From Octopus bimaculoides (lineage: Eukaryota): 33,609 bases of DNA. The DNA is taken from positions 31,249,310 through 31,282,918 of the forward strand of contig NC_069005.1 in the NCBI RefSeq assembly GCF_001194135.2, written 5' to 3'. Below are positions 10,195 through 20,699 of this stretch, one piece after another (the first letter of the stretch is position 1; the number at the start of each line of letters is the position of its first letter). Position numbers and translations under genes: made by a program. The notes below the pieces were generated by a model. It did not search any database, was not told the DNA's origin, and saw only the letters and a list, made by a program, of their open reading frames with translations.

Positions 10195-11179
10195 TTAGCC
10201 CTTTCATTATTATATTTTTGTTGAAATACACCGTTTGTTTCGGTTAATTGTGAAAATAATGGATTTAGTAAAATAATTTCGTTATTAATCTGGAGGGATT
10301 TTTTTTCTTTTCCAAGTGCCTGGCCCAGTGGATAAGGTGTAGCACTGACAATCACAAGATTGTGGTTTCAGTTCCCAGGCCAGGGAGTGCATTGTTTCCT
10401 TGAGTAAAACAACACTTAATTTACTTCAGTCCACTCAGCTGTAAATGAGTTACCCTGCGATGGACTGGCATTCTACCCAGGGGCAAATGTTGTGATCGTA
10501 GTCACTTATATGCCTTGGAAACCGTTTGAGTCTCTAGACTTGAGACTGTAATGTCCAAAGTTGATGATAATGATGATGATGAATCTGGTGTTTGACACAT
10601 AAATTAACATAATTAATTAATTAACTTGAAATTTTGATAGAAGGTTTGAATTGAGATTTCACAAAAATAGGAAGTTTTATATCTTAGAACCAGGAACAAT
10701 TTCAGGCATTTTGGTGTCAAAAGAGTTAACCATTTCATTTACCATATTTCCATTGAAATACACTGCTTTTTGTTTCAATTAATTTTGGAAATAATAAAGA
10801 ATTTAGTAAAATAACTTTGTCATTATTAAGTGGATGTTTGGAACATAAATTAACATGGAATTTTTAATTGAAGGCTTTAATTTAGATTACTCTAAAATAG
10901 AGTTTGTGTCATGGAACCAGGGCAAGTTTCTGGCAAATTGGTTCTGAGAAAGTTAACCATTTCCTTACCTTATTTCTGTTGAAATACACTCTGTCTGTTT
11001 CAATTAATTTTGAAAATAAGAATTTATGAAAATAACTTGGTCGTTATTTAACCAGTGTTTAGAATATAAATTAACAGGAAATTTTGATGTAAGATTTTAA
11101 TTTAGATCATTTTAAAATGGTGAATATGTATCTATAGAACTGGGGGTGGCATCATGTGGGTTGGTATCAAAAGGGTTAA
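10195..11179 (+). mobile_element. Head-to-tail array of three piggyBac-type MITEs (about 220-230 bp each) joined at TTAA
   Basis: Units 10199-10725 (interrupted by a SINE), 10730-10952 and 10957-11175. Junctions AAAAGAG-TTAA-CCATTT and GAGAAAG-TTAA-CCATTT; ends TTAG-CCCTTT and AAAAGGG-TTAA. Shared internal motifs TTGAAATACAC, TTTCAATTAATTTTG, ATAAATTAAC, AGAACCAGG. Confidence 0.7.
10294..10581 (+). mobile_element. tRNA-derived SINE with V-domain-like motif, with target-site duplication
   Basis: TGGCCCAGTGG (A box) and GGTTTCAGTTCC (B-box-like), CCACTCAGCTGTAAATGAG, CCTGCGATGGACTGGCATTCTACCCAGGGG (V-domain-like), (GAT)n tail. AATCTGG is duplicated at 10287-10293 and 10582-10588. Confidence 0.7.
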
Positions 11180-11299
11180 ACCACTTCACAGCTAAATCTC
11201 TAATTATACATATTATGTACGTTTTTCAATTAATTTTCAAAATATATAAGAATTTGGAAAGATTTAATTAAAGTAACTAACTTTTCCAATTGAGATGGT

Positions 11300-11652
11300 G
11301 CTTGGAATGTCTGTGTGGTAAAAAATTTGCTTCCAAACCACATGGTTCCTGGTTCAGTCCATTTTGTAACACACTGGGACCTTCAACAAGCGTTTTCTAT
11401 TATAACCTACAGGCTGACCAAAACCTTTTGAGTGAATTCAATAAACAGAAACTGAAAGAAGCTCATTGTATGTATATATGTGTGCGTTGGTTTGTTTATA
11501 TCCCTGCAACTTGATAGTTCAGCAAAAGAGACTGAGAGAATAAGTACTAGACTTACGAAGAATAAGTTCTGGGTTTGATTTCTTCGACTAAAGGCGGTGC
11601 TCCAGCATGGCTTCAGTCAAATGACTGAAACAAATAAAATAGAATAAAAGAA
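11300..11652 (+). mobile_element. SINE family B copy, diverged and internally deleted
   Basis: CTGTGTGGTAAAAAATTTGCTTCCAAACCACATGGTTCC head; GAATAAGTACTAGACTTACGAAGAATAAG...GGCGGTGCTCCAGCATGG...ACTGAAACAAATAAAA tail. Confidence 0.85.
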
Positions 11653-12602
11653 TATATATATATATAAATTTTTTCAGTCTTTCATTTCGATATGTAATTA
11701 CTCTGCAAATAGAATTCACCAGAAATCTCAAATGCTCTATACATCTCATTTAAAATAAAACATCTGTATACATTGATTGGATTACTGTGAACTTGCATAT
11801 GTGCTTCACAAGGACACAGTTTGGAATATAGCCCCTTATATATACTCTGTGTGCATGTGTGTGTGTTAGAGAGAGAGAGAGAGAGGTTGATTCTGTGTTC
11901 AACTTTGGGTACTTGGACTCTAATGAAGCAGCTTGAATAAGCTAGAGACGAAAATTTGAAGCCATTGTTGACCCTCACATGTTATGTTTGTGTCTGTGTG
12001 TGTTTGTTACTGGATGTGTGGTGGTGGTGGTGGTGGTGAGGAGGCAGGGGTGTGATAAAATGCCCCCAGTGCACACAACATCAAAACCGGCCAGTTTTGT
12101 TTTGTTTCTGTGAATAGAAGCTGACATGATGAGATGCTGTGAAACTGATACTACCCTAACCCATACCAGCACGAGGAAAATGGACGTTAAAATGATAATG
12201 ATGATGCTATATAATATCATTACCACAAGAGTAATAAGAAGAAAAAAAATGAGGATTAAGATGGATTAACCAGATAATCTAGATAATAAAGTAATAAAGA
12301 GCCTACATAGTTTTATTGCCTTCCTACTCTGATTAATCTGTCTAGTTTATTGATGAGAGTCTTGTGATTATTGGTGTATCGCTGTTCATGATGGTAATGG
12401 CTAGCTCTCGTAGTGCTATGCTGCTTTCCATTATCTCGTGGTGTCTATTGGAAAACGTAACAGACATTGTGAGAGGCTGTCTTTGTCACATGACAACTTT
12501 GTGTGTGGATCCATGGCAACAGATCTATGGAACTGTGCTGTTTTTCCATTAAACAGGATTCCTTGTTGTTGATGTATGTATGTATATGTATTGGTGTGTA
12601 GA

Positions 12603-12665
12603 TATATTCTTTTTCTTTTACTGGTTTCAATTAATGGACAGCAGCCATGCTGGAGCACCACCTTA
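12603..12665 (-). mobile_element. SINE family B 3' fragment
   Basis: TCTTTTACTGGTTTCAATT...CAGCCATGCTGGAGCACCACCTT. Confidence 0.65.
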
Positions 12666-12696
12666 TTTTGTTGTTTTACAGACTACCATTTTTTCC

Positions 12697-12738
<42 letters not shown>

Positions 12739-12792
12739 GTGTGTATGTGTATGTATAATACATATAATGTATATGTGTGTGTGCGTGTATGC

Positions 12793-12827
<35 letters not shown>

Positions 12828-12934
12828 CATACATTATATATATGTATATATATGTACATATATATATGTGTGTATATATATATATATTTATGTGGATGTA
12901 TATGTGTCTCTCTCTATATATATATACATACTTG

Positions 12935-12965
<31 letters not shown>

Positions 12966-13235
12966 TTGTGTGTGTCAATGCATATGTATGTATCTCTGTG
13001 TGTATATAGATGTGTATGTCTGTGTGTGTGTAGGTGCATAAAACCACAGCAGTGACGGTGGCAACAGGAAGTGTAATCCCTGTTTGCTGGATTAGTCGAT
13101 ATATTGATCCTTCTGTTTCCCAATACTTGACCCGTCTCTGTTGTTTGTGTTGACAAAGAAACGAAAGCTCTTTCTTTGCTTTAGTACAAAGTCCTGCAGT
13201 CGGCAGCTGAGAAGGAATATTAATCTCTTCTGCAT

Positions 13236-13402
13236 AGGAGCAGACATGGCTGTGCGGTTAAAAATCTCACTTTGCAACCACATGGTCTCAGGTTCCAGTC
13301 CCACTGCACGACACCTTGGGCAGGTGTCTTCTACTGTAGCTGCCGGGAAACCAATCCCTTGTTAGCGATTTTGGTAGACAGAAACAGCATGGAAGCCCAT
13401 CA
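13236..13402 (+). mobile_element. SINE family B head (tRNA-like plus CORE-like block)
   Basis: ATGGCTGTGCGGTTAA...GGTTCCAGTCCCACTGCACGACACCTTGGGCAGGTGTCTTCTACTGTAGC...TTTGGTAGACAGAAAC; CACCTTGGGCAAGT resembles the CORE-SINE motif. Confidence 0.8.
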
Positions 13403-13442
13403 TGTGTGTGTGTGTGTAGGAAGTTAGTTATATGGCTGGTCA

Positions 13443-13505
13443 TAGAGTAACCAATGGTTTCACATCCATAGATCGCTTGGCCTTATAGAAGCTCGTCAGA
13501 CTCCA
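13443..13505 (-). ncRNA. Minimal type I hammerhead ribozyme motif (second, unrelated family)
   Basis: Minus strand reads TGGAGT-CTGACGA-[GCTTCTATAAG..GCCAAGCGAT..CTATGGATGT]-GAAA-CCATTGG-TT/ACTCTA. Intact core, 6-bp stem I with one GU pair, imperfect stem II of about 10 bp, near-palindromic stem III, GUU triplet. Confidence 0.55.
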
Positions 13506-13547
13506 ATGGCCTTCTTACAGACAGCTCATCAGGCTCCAGTGTGTATG

Positions 13548-13580
<33 letters not shown>

Positions 13581-14270
13581 ATGTATTCCGTTTGTGTGTC
13601 TGTGTGTCACTAGGCTGACTGGGAGCTATTTTCCTCCTCTGGACAAAGGCTGTTTGTCCAGCTGATTATCTCCCTTTGCAAAGTAGCCCCATGCAGACAT
13701 TAACAAAGTGATTAGCATCACAAAGGCATTGTCATTCGTTATTTATAATGCACCAACACTGCATCTGTCCATGTGTGTTTTAGAGAATCAAAGAAAAAGG
13801 ACATGGTGTTGTTGTTGTTGTTGTTGTTGCTGCTGCTTTATTGAGGAAGTAGAATAACAAGTAAAGCAAAATAGTTGGAGAGAGAAAATCCGTGTATTTG
13901 TGTGTGTGTGCTTTCCGTGTTTGACGACCATCTCAGAGACCAACAAATACTGTTTCAGATTATATTTCCTGTCTTTGCTTCTGTCAGCACTAACCATCAA
14001 TAGCCTACCACTTCTTGTGACTGGTAAGCTATCTATCTATCTATCTATATATATATATATATATATATATATAATGCCAGCAGGAAGGCAAATCTACTTT
14101 TGACATCTACTTTTCCATTGGCTGGATGAAGTTTGTTGAGGCAGATTCCCAAAGTAATTGTTTCCTCGTGCCCATACATGTTTTTGCAGAATATTTGAAA
14201 TGAATGGAATTCATTTACAATGATCACACAATGTCAAAACAATTAGGCACAAAATATACACACACTTCCA

Positions 14271-14306
<36 letters not shown>

Positions 14307-14315
14307 ATTACGTTT

Positions 14316-14500
14316 ACCATCATCATCATTTAGCATGCATTTTCCATGGGCTGACCAGTTTGACAGGAATTGGCCAGCTGCAGAGCTGCGCCAGACTATT
14401 TTGGCAAGTTTTTTCTATGGCTTGTTGCCCTTCCTAATTCCAACCACTTTACAGAGTGTACTGAGTGCTTTTTATGTGGCACCAGCATAAGAACAGAGGT
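14316..14500 (-). mobile_element. SINE 3' tail type C fragment, diverged
   Basis: CATCATCATTTAG...TTCCATGG...CAGTTTGACAGG...GCCCTTCCTAATTCCAACCACTTTACAG...TGCTTTTTATGTGGCACCA; homologous to 18530-18722. Confidence 0.65.
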
Positions 14501-15091
14501 GATGAATTGTCAGAATGCCCCCCCCCTCCTCTCCCTAAGATACAGGTTGGTAAAATGTAAAAGTGAAGTGGGGGGGTGATATGCTTCATGTAGAAATTGT
14601 CGTCTTCACAATTTCACACAATCCAACCAGGGACATTGTGATTACAAAACAAACTGCTTTACCGTTCAATCATAACTACTCCCTCTCCTGTCTATGTCTC
14701 TCTCTCTCGCCCCCCCCCCTTCTCTCTCTCTCTCTCAGACACACACACACAGGCACATTTGTTTATCTTGGCAAAGGTGTGATGTATTATCCATGGCTTA
14801 GATCTGTCAGGACATGACAAGTGAAATAATTCCTATGTGTACAGTGTACTGGTGTAGTTTCAAAACAATCACTGCAGACTCTGGGTCTTCGGATCATTGG
14901 TTGTGTAGGTATGTGCGAGAGTACACGTACACGTACACACACACATACGTACGTTTGTGTGTATGTATAGTCACATATATTTGTGTGTGTAATTGTTTTT
15001 GATCCCTTGATTCTAGGAAACTCATTCACAGGCAACTGGGTTGGGTAGGGTAGTGTCATGAATGCATGTGTACATACATACACATATGTGC

Positions 15092-15123
<32 letters not shown>

Positions 15124-15665
15124 GCATGTGTATATTTACGTGTGTGTACATATATATATCTGTGTGTGTATGTATGTGTACCGGACGCTGACACTCGTTG
15201 ATGCTGCATCGAAGAGGCCAGGGAATAGAAGAAAGAAGACATGCACCCAACACCAGAGCTGAAGACACCTCCGAAAGGAGGGGCCCCGCCACATCAAAAC
15301 GGTAGAGGAGTAGGGGCCGAAACCGGACGTGGTTCCTCCTGATGATGTCTTGAGCTAACTGGATCCTATAAAGGAGCTGTTGTGGTAGCAGACCACGAAA
15401 CATGGTTGAAATTCCTCCTATCTGAATGTAATATGTATGTGTACATTGTATATCTATGTTTGTATGTGTGTGTGCAGGGACATGCACATATGCAATCCTA
15501 TGGTTTTAGATTCTGCTCAATACGAAGCTATACAATGTTTACACTGGGATCAGCTGATCACTCTTTTGAAATTCATTTTGTACAAAACCATGTATCATCG
15601 TCCTTAATACTGTTTCATTTGTCAACATGTGTGTGTGTGTGTGTGTGCGTGTGTGTGTGTGTGTA

Positions 15666-15850
15666 TTCTTTTATTTGTGTCAGTCATTTGACTGTGGCCA
15701 TGCTGGAGCACCGCCTTTAGTCAAACAAGTCGACCTCAGGACTTATTCTTTGTAAGCCTAGTACTTATTCTATCGGCCTCTTTCGCCGAACCGCTAAGTT
15801 ACGGGGAACGTAAACACACCAACATCAGTTGTCAAGCGATGGTGGGGCAA

Positions 15851-15892
<42 letters not shown>

Positions 15893-16067
15893 TATATATA
15901 CACGACAGGCTTCCTTCAGTTTCCATCTACCAAATCCACTCACAAGGCTTTGGTCGGCCCCTGGACTATAGTAGAAGGCACTTGCCCAAGGTACCGCGCA
16001 GTGGGACTGAACCTGGAACCATGTGGTTGGGAAGCAAGCTTCTTACCACACAGCCACTCCTGCACCT
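15666..16067 (-). mobile_element. SINE family B copy, full length
   Basis: Tail CAGTCATTTGACTGTGGCCATGCTGGAGCACCGCC, internal (CA)n, head CTTACCACACAGCCACTCCTGC. Confidence 0.92.
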
Positions 16068-16441
16068 ATATATATATATATATATGCATGTTTGTATATA
16101 TGTATGTATGTATTTATATGTACACGTGTATGTATATGTATGATGGGGATGTATCCATTTGTTCATGTATGTGTAAATTTGTATACTTGTGTGTGTATGT
16201 GTGTATGTTTATATTTGCATCTTACTGTCTATGCCCGTGTGTCCGGCTGTCTGAGTGCATATGGTATTTAATTATTATTATTATTATTATTATTATTGAT
16301 ATTTTCTAAACCATTGTTTTCCCCATCAAATATAATTCCTTTGAAAAATGTATACCAACAACATACAGCACACATAGTAAATATGTAGACAACACACATA
16401 AGCACACACTACCGACTATGCTCTTCAACCCCACTCATTTT

Positions 16442-16489
<48 letters not shown>

Positions 16490-16496
16490 ATGTATG

Positions 16497-16540
<44 letters not shown>

Positions 16541-16667
16541 AACAAACACTGTTCTGCTTTATTCCATCTAGCGCCATGGCAAGAATGATGGATGCATTGT
16601 AAAGGTATGATAAATCACTTTCCATTGTGTACCGATCAAGTTTATCTTCTCTACTAGTTTTAGCTTG

Positions 16668-16721
16668 TCTACTACCACCACCACCACTACTACTACTACT
16701 ACTACCACCAGCACACCCACC

Positions 16722-16764
<43 letters not shown>

Positions 16765-16765
16765 T
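16668..16765. repeat. Compound (ACC)n/(ACT)n microsatellite
   Basis: Directly visible trinucleotide runs. Confidence 0.9.
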
Positions 16766-17361
16766 TGTGACTATTAGTACCACATATCACAACTGTGTTT
16801 CACCTGTACACAAATTATATCTTATCCGGCCTGTGCTGCTGTTACTGCAAGCATTTTTATTCACCCTACATTGTTCACAAGCACAAACACTTAGCATGAT
16901 ATAATATGATATATAATGTGATATGATATGATATGATATGATGATGATGGCTTGTCTGTATGTATTTCTGTTGTTGTTGTTTGGTTTTAACAACTTGTGG
17001 TAAATCTCAAGATTTTGCTGACTTTAAACCTGTCTTAACTGTCCTCCGTCGACGACCCGGCTGCCAATAGGCGACAGGTTGTTGTTCGATGCTGGAGAAT
17101 TCCTTCAGGGGCCAGGCAGTCATGTACAAACACACACACACAGTAGTGACATCTCTGGTTTGCCTTGTTGGTAAGGGAGATAAATGCCAATAAACTTGCT
17201 GGTCAAGTCTGTCAAGGAAAACCAAACTCAGAATGTAAAGAGCCAGAATGAATGCTGCTCCACCTGTTGACCAACAGGCCACTGATGTGGTCAGCTTGCC
17301 ACCCTAATAATTCTTTCCGCAATAGACACGAGGCATGACATTCACGAAGAGTGAGTAAGTC

Positions 17362-17525
17362 ATTTAATATTGACCCCAGTACACATTTGGAACTTGTTTT
17401 ATCGACCCCAAAAGGATAAAAGGCAAAGTCTACCTCGGCAGAATTTGAACTCGGAATGTAAAGACAAGTGAAATGCCACTAAGCATTTTCTCTGGCTTGC
17501 TAAGAATTCTGCTTGCTCACCATTT
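17362..17525 (-). mobile_element. SINE family A copy
   Basis: GACCCCAGTAC...TCGACCCCAAAAGGATAAAAGGCAAAGTCTACCTCGGCAGAATTTGAACTC...CTGCTTGCTCACC. Confidence 0.8.
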
Positions 17526-17535
17526 TAAAAAAGAT

Positions 17536-17680
17536 TTCTAATTTAAACCCAAGTCTAGCAGTTTTGAGGGGAGGGGATTAGCTGATACTTACTGACCCTA
17601 GTACTTGACAGCTATTTTATTATATCGACCCCACAAGGATGGAAAGCAAAGTTGACCTTGGCTGGATTTGAACTCTGAAT
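17536..17680 (-). mobile_element. SINE family A copy, diverged and 5'-truncated
   Basis: GAGGGGAGGGGATTAG...TCGACCCCACAAGGATGGAAAGCAAAGTTGACCTTGG...TTTGAACTC. Confidence 0.7.
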
Positions 17681-18121
17681 GTATTATATCATTTTATCAA
17701 AACATCTGTACTTCTAACACACAGTTACATTGCAGGTCTACTTCTCTTGAGTGTTCCACTCTCAGCCGCTTACGAACATGGTTTTAACTTGCCAAATTTC
17801 CCTTTCATGTCTGTTGAAGGTCCGATAATGAGGTCCAACTAATGTGGTGGTGGTGGTGGTGGTGGTGATGGTGGTAGTGGTGGTCAAAAGTTAATAGGAT
17901 AAGGGGAAAAGCTTTGAAGTGTAGAAGACCCACATATGCAAGTTAATTGTAGACACCAAACAACTGTACTTGCAAGCTGTCACTTTGCTGTACGCCTTCT
18001 TCTTCTGATAATCTGTTACATCATAAAATGTATTCAATCGTATTGATCTTCTTTTGAAGAAGCAGGTACTCTGTTTTCATGGCCATGTATGCAATTAGCA
18101 CAAATGAAAATTTAGAGGCCT

Positions 18122-18530
18122 GACCATGTGGTACATTATAATGATACATCCACATGGTGCATTACATTGACGCATTCATATAGTACATTACAAAAAACTT
18201 TTGTAAGATACATTAGAATGAATCATCCATGTGGTATAACAGTACAGTGGAATCATCCATGTAGCACATTACTGTGAATCATTCATGTGGTAAATTGCAG
18301 TGAATTACCCTTGTACATTATTTAGCCTGTTCTTGTTATACATTAGTGAAACATTCACATTGTACCTTACAGTAATCCTTTGTGGTACATCACTGTGATC
18401 CATCCACGTGGTACATTATTAGGGCTGTTCTTGTGATACAGTAAACCATCTGAGTGGTACATCACTGTGAACTATCCATGTGGTACATTATTGGAGGTGT
18501 TCATGTGGTACACTACTGTAATCCATCCAT
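18122..18530. repeat. Degenerate minisatellite, unit about 25-27 bp (consensus approx. CATCCATGTGGTACATTACTGTGAA)
   Basis: Recurrent CATGTGGTACATTA / GTGGTACATCACTGTGA variants throughout the interval. Confidence 0.75.
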
Positions 18531-18722
18531 GATGATGATCATCATCACTTAACGTCTGTTTTCCATGTTGGCATGGGTTGGACAGTTTGACAGGGGCTGA
18601 TAAGGCCAGGAGCAACACCAGGCTCCCTGGTCCGTTTCTGTATGGTTTCTACAGCTGGCTGCCCTCCCTAATACACCAACCACTTTACAGTCACTGGCTG
18701 CTTTTTACATGGCACCATCACC
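18530..18722 (-). mobile_element. SINE 3' tail type C fragment
   Basis: CATCATCACTTAACGTCTGTTTTCCATGTTGGCATGGGTTGGACAGTTTGACAGG...TTTCTACAGCTGG...CCAACCACTTTACAG. Confidence 0.75.
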
Positions 18723-19240
18723 AGTGATGTACATTATCATCCATCCACCTCACATTAAACCATTTTTGTGGTACCATATGAAACACTCTTCTAATAGTTT
18801 CACCATATTGTAGCTATGTTCCTGTGGTACTGTTGGTTGGAAGGGGTTGATTTCTCCTTCCATTAAACAGCCATTCAATACAACTTTGATTTCTTAAGGA
18901 TCTTCCATTCATTTGGGTTTTTCGTCTTGATTCATCTCTTATGAAATATGTATTTGTATGTATATAGTTATATATATATGGGTGTATGTGTATTTGTATG
19001 TATGTATGTATAACGATCATCTGTGCAATAAATAAACATGGATTGTATATTCTTAAACAGGAATGCAATTCCCTAATTCATTACAGATATTTATCCCCCT
19101 ATAAATATTAATACTTGTATTTATATTCATGTGGCCTTAATACCAAAATATCTTTCCCTCTCATACATATTGATATATGCAAACACACACATAAATATGT
19201 GTGTGTACATGCATTCATATACACATTTGTACATATGTAT

Positions 19241-19450
19241 CTCTTTTACCTGTTTCAGTCATTTAACTGTAGCCATGCTGGAGCACCGCCTTTAGTCGAG
19301 CTAATCGACCCCTGGACTTATTCTTTGTAAGCCTAGTACTTATTCAATCGGTCTCTTTTTGCCGAACCGCTAAGTTACGGGGACTTAAACGCACCAGCAT
19401 CGGTTGTCAAGCGATGGTGGAGGGACAAACACAGACACACAAACACACAT

Positions 19451-19504
<54 letters not shown>

Positions 19505-19505
19505 C

Positions 19506-19537
<32 letters not shown>

Positions 19538-19703
19538 TACGACGGGCTTCTTTCAGTTTCCGTCTACCAAATCCACTCACAAGGCTTTGGTCGGCCCGAG
19601 GCTATAGTAGAAGACACTTGCCAAAGGTGCCACGCAGTGAGACTGAACCCGGAACCATGTGGTTGGTAAGCAAGCTACTTACCACACAGCCACTCCTGTA
19701 CCT
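19241..19703 (-). mobile_element. SINE family B copy, full length, young
   Basis: Near-identical to 26427-26855 and 15666-16067 outside the internal microsatellite. Confidence 0.92.
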
Positions 19704-19801
19704 GTATGTATATATATGTATATGTTTGTATATGCATATAAATATATATATATTTATATGTATATTTGTATGTGTATGTATGTATGTATATGCATATATG
19801 C

Positions 19802-19863
<62 letters not shown>

Positions 19864-20204
19864 TTATGTATGTTATATATACATATATGTATACATGTAT
19901 GTATATACATATGTATGTATACACATATGTATATACATATATGTGTGTATGTATGTATACGTAAGTACATATATGTGTATATATATGCACTGATGTATGT
20001 ATTGCAAATCCGACAGTGCCTATTTCACTCCAGTTACTGGCATCAGCTCATACATTGCTTTTATAGTGACAAGCTCTACCGGATTATTTAACCACTGGCC
20101 ATTCCCATAAATCTGGTGCAGATGTATTATAGATACCAAATCCCAGCAGGGCTATTCCTTCGAAGAACGAAGGAAAGGAAGAAAGATCAGCATTTGGTTT
20201 CAAA

Positions 20205-20357
20205 GTTACAGCAGTTCAGCAAACAAAACCAGTAGAATGAGTGTCAGTTTTTTTTTTTTTTTTTTTTTAAAGGAAAAGGTACTGGGGTTGATTTGTTCGA
20301 TTAAACCCTTCAAAGTGGTGCCCCAGCATGGCAACAGTCCAGTGACTGAGTCAAAAG

Positions 20358-20358
<1 letters not shown>
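20205..20358 (+). mobile_element. SINE family B 3' fragment
   Basis: TTACAGCAGTTCAGCAAAC...CTGGGGTTGATTTGTTCGATTAA...GTGGTGCCCCAGCATGGCAACAGTCC. Confidence 0.7.
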
Positions 20359-20388
<30 letters not shown>

Positions 20389-20419
20389 TATAATAATAAT
20401 TATAATGGTAATAACAGTA

Positions 20420-20652
20420 ATAATCTTTTCTACAAAAGGCACGAGCTCTGAAATTTGCAGGGGGGGGGGGACTAGCTGGTTGCATCGCCATCCCCCCTCC
20501 CCAGTACATAACTGGTACTTATTTCATCAACCCCGAAAGGATGAAAGGCAAAGTCAACCTCAGCAGAATTTGAACTCAGAACGTAAAGACAAACGAAATG
20601 CCACTAAGCAGTTTGCCTGGCGTGCTAACGATTCTGCCAGCTCACCACCTTA
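20420..20652 (-). mobile_element. SINE family A copy, full length
   Basis: Reverse complement of head (CTGCCAGCTCACCACC), B box (GAATTTGAACTC) and body. Confidence 0.9.
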
Positions 20653-20655
20653 ATA

Positions 20656-20687
<32 letters not shown>

Positions 20688-20699
20688 GATGATGATGAT

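Noticed and set aside
12125-12155. ATGATGA...GAAAC motif
   Set aside because: C3 is missing and there are no supporting stems; expected by chance.
12346-12393. Candidate exon FIDESLVIIGVSLFMM (TCTAG|...|GTAATG)
   Set aside because: No recognisable homology and no independent support.
13185-13223. Strong acceptor followed by [12 protein letters not shown]
   Set aside because: No donor or polyA support and no homology.
13959-14023. Candidate exon LYFLSLLLSALTINSLPLLVT with a GTAAGC donor
   Set aside because: Good splice sites but no recognisable protein; hydrophobicity follows from pyrimidine richness.
14845-14914. Possible upstream numb exon (ITAD...GLRII resembles VSADGLRVV) with a good GTATGT donor
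   Set aside because: It needs a 4-nt deletion to read ADGLR, and flanking residues do not match the PTB domain; likely chance.
16440-16790. Poly-Ser/Gly ORF with tail SRQAKTSREDKLDRY
   Set aside because: Driven by the ACT/ACC microsatellite and ends in a TA repeat.
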